Shown here in pieces: positions 57,562 through 64,000 of a DNA stretch of 64,000 nucleotides (position 1 is its first letter; every line of letters starts with the position of its first letter). The notes beneath the pieces are model-generated. The model saw only the letters and a program-made list of their open reading frames with translations, had not been told where the DNA came from and made no database searches. The DNA is taken from the NCBI GenBank assembly GCA_963724295.1, contig CAVRUC010000007.1, forward strand, positions 1 through 64,000. Direction: 5' to 3'. Both the position numbers and the translations under genes were made by a program. The stretch comes from an uncultured Chloroflexia bacterium. Its GTDB lineage: Bacteria > Chloroflexota > Chloroflexia > Thermomicrobiales > UBA6265.

Positions 57562-59280
57562 TCAATGGCGCACGAGCGACGCGAGGCGACGGAGTGATGG
57601 AATACGCCGGGTCAACTGGTCGAAGATCTCCGTCATTTCGGGGACACGCAACATCCAGGCGGTGCCGAGGTAGACCATGCCGACGACTCCCAGGGCTAGT
57701 AGAAAAACCACGACCTGTTGAAGCCGTGGTCCATTCCCAGGAGTCGTGGCTTCGGTGAGGGGATCAGACAGACCGGCCGCGACAAGCCCTGCGACGGCGG
57801 AGCACGCGATGACTCTCAGCAGCCAGTCCCGGGTAGTCGCCGATAGACCCCCGATGCGCCGCCCGAGAACAGCCAACAGAATCAACGCCTCCGCGGTCGT
57901 GCTCAGACTCAGCGCCAGGGCCAGGGCCAGGTAGCCCATCCGATCCAGCAGCTCGACTGCGACAACGACATTGAGTGCCACGATCGCGATGCCGGCAATG
58001 ACGGGCGTCCGGGTATCGTGCATGGCATAGAACGCGCGCGTCAGTGCTTCGACCAGCGCATAGCTGACCAGACCCGCGGCCAGAAAAGCGAGTGGCGCCG
58101 CGACGAGCGCCGTTGATTCCGCCGAGAACGCACCCGTTTGGAAGAGCGTCTGCACAATCGGGAACCGGAACGCGAACAGAATTACCGCTGCCGGAAGCGA
58201 GAGAAAGAGGAGCGGGCGCAAAGCGTTACCCAATGTGGCGCGAAACGCGGCAGCGTCCCCGGCTTGCCAGAGCCTCGACAACGTGGGCAGGATCACGGTC
58301 GAAACCGACAGCGCCAGGACCCCGTGCGGGAGCATCAGGAGTTGCCACGCATAGTTCAGCGCCGAAACACTCTGTTCGCCGGTGCGCCAGGCGAGGTTCG
58401 TGATGGCGATGAAGTTCAATTGAAACGCCGCCTGACCGATCAGCCGGGGCGCCAGGAGGCGCGCCACCTCCCCGACTCCAGGAGCGCGGGGGTTGAACGA
58501 GAACGAATAGCGCATGCCGGATCGCACCAATCCGGGAATCTGAAGCAGCAGAAAACCGATGGCGCCGGCAACAACGCCGATAGCCACACCGTAGACACCG
58601 ATCCGGGGGCCGAGAACGAGCGCGCCCAGGATGGTTGCCGCGTTGTAGACGATCGGCGCCAGGGCGGGTAAGGCGAACAGATCCTGGCCCTCGAGGATGC
58701 CTTTTGCCGCGATGCCAAATCCGAGGAAGACGGGGGAGAGGAGGAGGATGCGCATGCAGTCGATAGTGATCTGCTGCGCCGTGTCACTCGCCTCGGGTGC
58801 CACGACATATCGCACGAGTTCTGGCGCAAAGACCCAGGCTACCGCAGCGGTGAGAATGACCAGCACACCCGAGACGTTCAAAACCACGGACGCGAGTTTC
58901 CACGCCGTCTCATCCTCGCCGTCGCCCAGGAAGCCTGAGAATACGGGGATGAATGCCGAGCCAAACGCTCCGGCCATGATGACCAGGAAGAGCAGGTCCG
59001 GGATGCGAAACGCCGAAACGTAGGCGCTGAACGCTTCTGAGGTTCCGAACTGACGAGCCAGCACAACTTCCCGGACAAGTCCCAGGAGCCTGCTGACGAC
59101 GAAGGCGCCGGCGACGATCCCGGCCGATTTGACAAGTGATGCCCGCCGACGCCGAGAGCCCCAGTCCCGCTCCATTACCGGCGCCCCTACCTGCGGCCAG
59201 CTTGGCCACTCTGCCGATTGAAAGCCGGGCGCTGGGCTATGAGGTTCGGCTTCAGCCTGCTGGGCGTCTGGAGTACGCAT
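57562..59280 (-). CDS. murJ: Lipid II flippase MurJ (MviN); start uncertain
   Basis: SRLLGLVRE, AFRIPDLL, SAFIPVF, RAFYAMHDTRTP; multi-TM. Confidence 0.92.
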   Translation of the reverse strand: MRTPDAQQAEAEPHSPAPGFQSAEWPSWPQVGAPVMERDWGSRRRRASLVKSAGIVAGAFVVSRLLGLVREVVLARQFGTSEAFSAYVSAFRIPDLLFLVIMAGAFGSAFIPVFSGFLGDGEDETAWKLASVVLNVSGVLVILTAAVAWVFAPELVRYVVAPEASDTAQQITIDCMRILLLSPVFLGFGIAAKGILEGQDLFALPALAPIVYNAATILGALVLGPRIGVYGVAIGVVAGAIGFLLLQIPGLVRSGMRYSFSFNPRAPGVGEVARLLAPRLIGQAAFQLNFIAITNLAWRTGEQSVSALNYAWQLLMLPHGVLALSVSTVILPTLSRLWQAGDAAAFRATLGNALRPLLFLSLPAAVILFAFRFPIVQTLFQTGAFSAESTALVAAPLAFLAAGLVSYALVEALTRAFYAMHDTRTPVIAGIAIVALNVVVAVELLDRMGYLALALALSLSTTAEALILLAVLGRRIGGLSATTRDWLLRVIACSAVAGLVAAGLSDPLTEATTPGNGPRLQQVVVFLLALGVVGMVYLGTAWMLRVPEMTEIFDQLTRRIPSLRRLASLVRH

Positions 59281-59281
59281 C

Positions 59282-59310
59282 TTGAGTCGGTCGGCACAAT
59301 TTGGTACGAT
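59282..59310 (+). promoter_or_regulatory. rpsT promoter
   Basis: TTGAGT-17 bp-TACGAT with extended TG. Confidence 0.6.
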
Positions 59311-59372
59311 TCGTTGCCCGTTGCCGCGGCAACGGGTCGTTTTTGCTTTCGATTTGCGGAGGACTGGCTAGA

Positions 59373-59648
59373 TTGGCTAACTCAAAATCATCGAAGAAGC
59401 GAATTCGTGTCGCCGAGCGGCGTCGCGAAGAGAACAAACCGCTGCGCACCGAAGCGCGGACATTTGTGAAGAAAGCCGAGGTCGCCATTGCATCCGGGGA
59501 TGCCAGCGCGGCCGAGGCGGCAATATTGGAAGCGATCAGCGTGCTCGATCGTGTCGCGGACAAAGATGTGATCCACAAGAACAACGCGGCACGTCGCAAG
59601 TCACGACTTATGGCAAAGTACCACGCCCTGTCTGCCGCGTCGGCGTAG
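59373..59648 (+). CDS. rpsT: 30S ribosomal protein S20 (TTG start)
   Basis: MANSKSSKKRIR...IHKNNAARRKSRL; GGAGG SD. Confidence 0.95.
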   Translation: MANSKSSKKRIRVAERRREENKPLRTEARTFVKKAEVAIASGDASAAEAAILEAISVLDRVADKDVIHKNNAARRKSRLMAKYHALSAASA

Positions 59649-59688
59649 CATTCCGCGCGGCAAGCTCTGTTCGGGGAATCGTGGCGGC

Positions 59689-60747
59689 TCATACCGAGCC
59701 GCCACTTGATTGCTGCGGTGCGGACGCTGCGAGTGCCAGCACCAGATCGCGCAGCGCATCCTCCGGCTTGCGAAGACGACCGGTCTTCAGGTAGCGGTCC
59801 GCCTGAGCTCCAGCTCCGGCTGTGTACAGGGCGCGATGCGGCGCCCGACGCGTGGTGGCCATGACCGACGACACCCGGCCAGGAGCAATCGCCCCAAGAT
59901 CACGGGCGACGGCTTCGGCGTCCTTGCCGTCCGCGGCCGCCGCTACCATCGCTAGTTCCATCTGGCCGAGAAGTTGCGCCAGGAGCATCGCGGGTTCTTC
60001 GCCGCCCGTGACAAGCCGCTCTAGCTCATCCAGCCCGGAGCGCAAGTCGCCAATGAGCGCGGCGTCAAGGAATCGGAACACGCGCTGGTCGGCTACGCTC
60101 GGTGTCAGCAAAGCAATGTGGTCAACGGTGATTGGCCCTGGATGCGCCGCGAGCGCCAGCTTTTCAATCTCGGCCTTGAGCAGTGCGAGGTCGGGAGGGC
60201 GATCGTAGCGCGGGTTGCTTGCCTTCCGCTGCCACGTCTGCGGATAGAGCGTCTCGGCTAGTCGTTGCGCACTACGGCGGTCAATGCGGCTTTCGGCCTC
60301 GAGCGCGGTGGCTTCGATCCAGGCAATCAATGCGGCGCTACGCGGTGGCTCGCCAGCGACTACCTTCAATCCCGGTACGGAGGTCTTGAGCATCGCGGGA
60401 ACGGAGGTCAGGCTCGGCTCGAATATCAGCAAGTGATGTGACTCGGGCACCGCCGATACGAGAGCCTCGAGCTCCCCGCGTCCCCGTCCCGGCCGCTCTT
60501 CAAGTCCACTGGTTGAATCGCCTGACTCCGAGTCCCGGCTGGTCCGGACCAGGAGGTCGGTCACGATGACGACGCGCGGCGATGGGAAGAACGAAGCGGC
60601 GCCAACAGCCGACGCCACTCTGGCAAATGAGGTCTCGCGCCCGTCGAGCCAGGTGGTATTCGAGCCCGACGGATCCAAGTCGGCGGCGATGGCGAGAACA
60701 GCCTCGCGAGCAATCAGTCGATCGGGTCCGTGAATGAAGTAGATCAC
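59689..60747 (-). CDS. holA: DNA polymerase III delta subunit
   Basis: IYFIHGPD, SFFPSPRVVIV, EIEKLAL, VFRFLDA; holA next to rpsT is a common gene order. Confidence 0.8.
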   Translation of the reverse strand: MIYFIHGPDRLIAREAVLAIAADLDPSGSNTTWLDGRETSFARVASAVGAASFFPSPRVVIVTDLLVRTSRDSESGDSTSGLEERPGRGRGELEALVSAVPESHHLLIFEPSLTSVPAMLKTSVPGLKVVAGEPPRSAALIAWIEATALEAESRIDRRSAQRLAETLYPQTWQRKASNPRYDRPPDLALLKAEIEKLALAAHPGPITVDHIALLTPSVADQRVFRFLDAALIGDLRSGLDELERLVTGGEEPAMLLAQLLGQMELAMVAAAADGKDAEAVARDLGAIAPGRVSSVMATTRRAPHRALYTAGAGAQADRYLKTGRLRKPEDALRDLVLALAASAPQQSSGGSV

Positions 60748-60798
60748 GTGCTGTGGTCCCTGGCCCCGTGACCGTGCTGAGGCGCCTCGGAAAGGGTG

Positions 60799-60957
60799 CG
60801 GCCTCACCCGCCTGTGCCGTGTGCCCCGGTGCCTTGAACCTGCTTTCGCAGGTGGGCGCCGCAATGCCGGTGCCTAACGACCCCGGACCGCAGCTCCCGA
60901 CTGTCTCTCTGTTGGCTCAAGACTGCTAAGGCAGCACGAACACCGCAGGATCGGCCA
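60799..60957 (-). ncRNA. ssrS: 6S RNA
   Basis: Minus strand CCTGCGGTGTTCGTG...TTGAGCC...GGGAGC...GCGCCCACCTGCGAAAGCAGGTTCAA...CACGGCAC...GGG resembles Firmicutes-type 6S. The ends pair, and its own promoter TTGTCC-17-TAACCT lies at 60991-60963. Confidence 0.8.
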
Positions 60958-61113
60958 CAGCGAGGTTATCATCCGGCCCGCGATTGGACAACCAGGGTGT
61001 ACGGACATGTCGTGGCCAGGAGAATGCGAGAACGCAGACGTGCATGGTTGGTCGCACTCGCGACCCGCGTCGTAGGATGAACGAGTGAATTTCTTGATTT
61101 CAAGGATCAAGGC

Positions 61114-62382
61114 GTGACCAACACAGGTTCTACGAATCAGCCCGGGCAACGAATCGTCGTAACCGGAATCGGCGTCGTGTCTCCGGTTGGTCATGATGCA
61201 CGATCCACCTGGGATGCCCTGGTGGGCGGGAAATCGGGTATCGCGCCGTTAACCCGGTTCGATCCAACCGGGTATCAGACGACGTTCGCGGGAGAGGTCA
61301 AAGGGTTCGATCCGGTCGCTCGCATGGGACGAAAGGACGCGCGGCGAACCGATCGCTATTCCCATTTCGCGGTCGCGTCGGCGCTCGAGGCTCTGGAACA
61401 GGCCGGTCTGACGATCGACGACGCAATTGCCGATCGAGTCGGGGTGCTCATTGGTTCGGGCATGGGGGGCGCCGAGACGCTCGATGCTGGCATGGAGACG
61501 GTTCTCACGGAAGGTCCAAGCCGCCTCAGTCCATTCTTCATGCCGATGTTTCTCGGCAATATGGCCTCCGGCACGGTCGCCATCGCCACCGGGGCACGGG
61601 GACCAAACTTCGCCCCGGTGTCCGCTTGTGCCAGCTCGGCTCACGCGATCGGCGAAGCGGCGGAGATCATCAGGCGCGGGCAGGCCGACGTGGTAATCGC
61701 GGGGGGAAGCGAAGCTCCCCTGGCTCGCATGGTTGTTGCCGGATTCAACGCGATGGGCGCATTGTCCACCCGAAACGATGACCCAGCAGCGGCGAGCCGG
61801 CCGTTTGACGCGGAACGCGACGGGTTCGTGTTAGGCGAAGGTGGGGCCGCGCTGATCCTGGAGAGCGCCGAGCATGCGGCGCGTCGCGGGGCGACCGTGC
61901 TCGCCGACTTGACCGGGTATGGGGCCACGGACGACGCGAACCACATGGTCCAGCCCGCGCCAGGCGGGATCGGCGCGGCGCGGGCGATGACCCTGGCGCT
62001 GGACGCCGCCGGGCTGCGACCGGAAGACATCGACTACATCAACGCCCACGGGACATCGACCCCGCTCAATGAGAAATTTGAGACCCAGGCAATCAAGGCC
62101 GCGTTCGGCGACGCGGCTCGTCGCGTCGCCATCAGCTCGACGAAATCGATGACCGGCCATCTGTTAGGAGCCGCGGGCGCGTTGGAAGCTGCCTTGGCAG
62201 TGATGGCCATTGAGCACGGGATGCTGCCGCCGACGATCAATCAGACATCGCCCGATCCGGACTGCGACCTGGACTACGTGCCCAATGTTGCTCGTCGCGC
62301 CATCGTCAAGCACGTGATGAGCAACTCGATGGGTTTCGGCGGTCACAATGTCTCGCTGATCTTCTCGGCGCCGCAGTCATGA
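61114..62382 (+). CDS. fabF: Beta-ketoacyl-ACP synthase II
   Basis: RIVVTGIG, SACASS (Cys), NAHGTST, TKSMTGHLLGAAG, GFGGHN. Confidence 0.95.
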   Translation: MTNTGSTNQPGQRIVVTGIGVVSPVGHDARSTWDALVGGKSGIAPLTRFDPTGYQTTFAGEVKGFDPVARMGRKDARRTDRYSHFAVASALEALEQAGLTIDDAIADRVGVLIGSGMGGAETLDAGMETVLTEGPSRLSPFFMPMFLGNMASGTVAIATGARGPNFAPVSACASSAHAIGEAAEIIRRGQADVVIAGGSEAPLARMVVAGFNAMGALSTRNDDPAAASRPFDAERDGFVLGEGGAALILESAEHAARRGATVLADLTGYGATDDANHMVQPAPGGIGAARAMTLALDAAGLRPEDIDYINAHGTSTPLNEKFETQAIKAAFGDAARRVAISSTKSMTGHLLGAAGALEAALAVMAIEHGMLPPTINQTSPDPDCDLDYVPNVARRAIVKHVMSNSMGFGGHNVSLIFSAPQS

Positions 62383-62444
62383 CCGCTAAGCACTCACCGT
62401 ACGGTTTCCGATCGGAGCGACATTAGCAATCGTCGCCTCATCGC

Positions 62445-63605
62445 CTACTCGAGGTAGCCGCGCAGCTTCCGGCTGTAGCTTGGGTGCCGCAGCTTGCGGA
62501 GTGCCTTGGCTTCGATTTGGCGGATCCGCTCGCGGGTAATCCCGAACTCCCGTCCCACTTCTTCGAGTGTCCGGAATCGACCGTCCTCGAGTCCGAAGCG
62601 CAGAACGATGATCTTGCGCTCCCGCTCGGTGAGCTTGCCGAGTGCCTCGCAAATCTGCGATTTCAACAACTCGTGTGACGCGAGCTCCAATGGGTGCGGC
62701 ATTGACTCGTCTTCGATGAAATCGCCGAGAAACGCGTCGCCGTCCTGCCCAACCGGCGCTTCCAGCGAGATGGGATGCCGGGATACGTCCAGAACCTGCC
62801 GCACCTTGTCGTCGGTCACATCCATCGCACGGGCAATCTCGAGCTGGGTTGGCTCTCGCTCAAGGATTTGCTGCAGCCGGTGCCCCGTTTTCTTGACTCG
62901 ATTGATCGTCTCGCCGACATGGACCGGCAGCCGGATCGTGCGGCTTTGGTCGGAAATAGCGCGGGTAATAGCCTGCCGAATCCACCACGTCGCATAGGTG
63001 CTGAACTTGAAGCCCCGCTTGTAGTCGAACTTGTCGGTCGCCTTCATGAGGCCGATGTTGCCTTCCTGAATCAAATCCAGGAAAGAGAGACCACGACCAA
63101 CGTATTTCTTTGCGACTGAGACAACGAGGCGAAGGTTCGCACGGATGAGATGGGCGCGAGCAAGCTCACCGTCAAGCTTGTCGGCGTCGAGGGCCGCTCG
63201 CTGCTCCGGCGTCAGGCCTGGATCCAGCAAGAGCTCTTCCGCGATCTTGCCGCGCTCCATGCGCTTCGAGAGCCAGACTTCCTCTTGCATCGTCAGGAGA
63301 TCGGTGTCGCCGATTTCCTGAAGATAAAGGCGAACTGAATCGCCTACCCCCGACGCCAGGTCTTCCGCGTACGTCGCTCGGTCCAGGGAACGTTCGGGCA
63401 CTACCCCTCGCGGACGGGAGACCGGCTTCAAGGGGGCCTGGTCGAGGACTTCGATTCCCTCGGCGACCAACGAGGAGTAGAACTCCTCCAGGATATCGAG
63501 GTGCTCTTCCGCGTTCGGGAACGCGGCCACTACCTCGTCCGAAAGAAGGTATCCCTGGTCTCTGCCCTTATCGATCAGGTTCGTGACCATCGCCTCTGTC
63601 ACCAT
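62445..63605 (-). CDS. RpoD/SigA-like sigma70 factor
   Basis: Region 1.1-like N-terminus, [56 protein letters not shown]. Not preceded by dnaG. Confidence 0.92.
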   Translation of the reverse strand: MVTEAMVTNLIDKGRDQGYLLSDEVVAAFPNAEEHLDILEEFYSSLVAEGIEVLDQAPLKPVSRPRGVVPERSLDRATYAEDLASGVGDSVRLYLQEIGDTDLLTMQEEVWLSKRMERGKIAEELLLDPGLTPEQRAALDADKLDGELARAHLIRANLRLVVSVAKKYVGRGLSFLDLIQEGNIGLMKATDKFDYKRGFKFSTYATWWIRQAITRAISDQSRTIRLPVHVGETINRVKKTGHRLQQILEREPTQLEIARAMDVTDDKVRQVLDVSRHPISLEAPVGQDGDAFLGDFIEDESMPHPLELASHELLKSQICEALGKLTERERKIIVLRFGLEDGRFRTLEEVGREFGITRERIRQIEAKALRKLRHPSYSRKLRGYLE

Positions 63606-63664
63606 TTCCAGACGACGCGCGGCCTCGACACGATGCGCTTGGGCGTGGGCGTGGCGCGAACGGC

Positions 63665-63696
63665 AAATAAAAACCCACCGCTCAAAAGCGGAGGGT
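63665..63696 (-). terminator. Intrinsic terminator inside the sigma-factor leader
   Basis: ACCCtCCGCT-TTTG-AGCGGtGGGT followed by TTTTATTT, ending about 60 nt before the ATG. Confidence 0.75.
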
Positions 63697-63700
63697 GGCG

Positions 63701-63742
63701 CTAACCGGCTATGGGTGGGTGGCGACCAGTGCGGGCTGGCAT
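63701..63742 (-). CDS. Putative leader peptide [13 protein letters not shown]
   Basis: ATG...TAG, 14 codons; GGAG 10 nt upstream; stop codon 4 nt before the terminator stem. Confidence 0.45.
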   Translation of the reverse strand: MPARTGRHPPIAG

Positions 63743-63803
63743 TGTCCGCTCACTCCGCGACAACTGCGCGGACGATCCTGCTGATAGCCTCGTGTATACG
63801 CGC

Positions 63804-63832
63804 AGTCTAGCGGAGCTTTGCCCATATTTCAA
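63804..63832 (-). promoter_or_regulatory. Sigma70 promoter of the sigma-factor gene
   Basis: TTGAAA-17 bp-TAGACT. Confidence 0.7.
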
Positions 63833-63930
63833 GCGGGTTACCGAGATATCGGCCGCAGATGATGAACAACGTGCTGGCTATACTGATCCGTTACGATGAC
63901 ACGAGAGCCCAGGATCCAAGGAGCGGCGAC

Positions 63931-64000
63931 ATGTCCGGGCATTCGAAATGGTCGACCATCAAGCGGCAGAAAGGCGCCGCCGATGCCAAGCGGGGTCAGC
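63931..64000 (+). CDS. yebC: YebC/PmpR (TACO1) family protein, N-terminus (3' truncated)
   Basis: MSGHSKWSTIKRQKGAADAKRGQ with AAGGAG SD. Confidence 0.93.
   Translation, partial: MSGHSKWSTIKRQKGAADAKRGQ

Noticed and set aside
60760..61020. SRP RNA or RNase P RNA
   Set aside because: Lacks the SRP domain IV motif and the RNase P P4 consensus; fits 6S RNA better.
63606..63800. Known riboswitch class (SAM, TPP, c-di-AMP, ZTP, T-box) in the sigma leader
   Set aside because: I could not recognise their consensus motifs by eye; a covariance search is still needed.

Overview
A GC-rich bacterial chromosome segment made mostly of core genes, most likely Chloroflexota (Thermomicrobiales-like, judged by eye from the 16S and gene content; not database-checked). 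It holds a full rrn operon (16S, tRNA-Ile, tRNA-Ala, 23S, 5S, then tRNA-fMet), tRNA-Arg(CCG) and a 6S RNA. Translation genes: trpS, rpsA, rpsB-tsf-pyrH-frr, aspS, lepA, rpsT, start of yebC. Proteostasis genes: clpC, hsp20-lon. Envelope and lipid genes: murG, murE, murJ, femX-like, uppS-cdsA-dxr, fabF, lspA. Also radA, holA, comF and an RpoD-like sigma factor. I saw no mobile element or CRISPR array. Several genes (lepA, uppS, the UbiA-family gene, hsp20, the first 1.3 kb) carry single-base indels, mostly in homopolymer runs, which look like long-read consensus errors. The best candidate for an undescribed system is the leader of the sigma-factor gene: promoter, then a 13-codon uORF with an RxPP stalling motif ([13 protein letters not shown]), then an intrinsic terminator, all divergent from yebC. 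Other leads are a twin-bactofilin plus Cys4-TM-SH3b module with an internal start, a DnaC/IstB-like protein lacking its Walker motifs, an uncharacterised wHTH-like pair upstream of HEAT-femX-murE, a leaderless uORF coupled to hsp20-lon, and tandem tetraloop-hairpin arrays in the rrn spacers.
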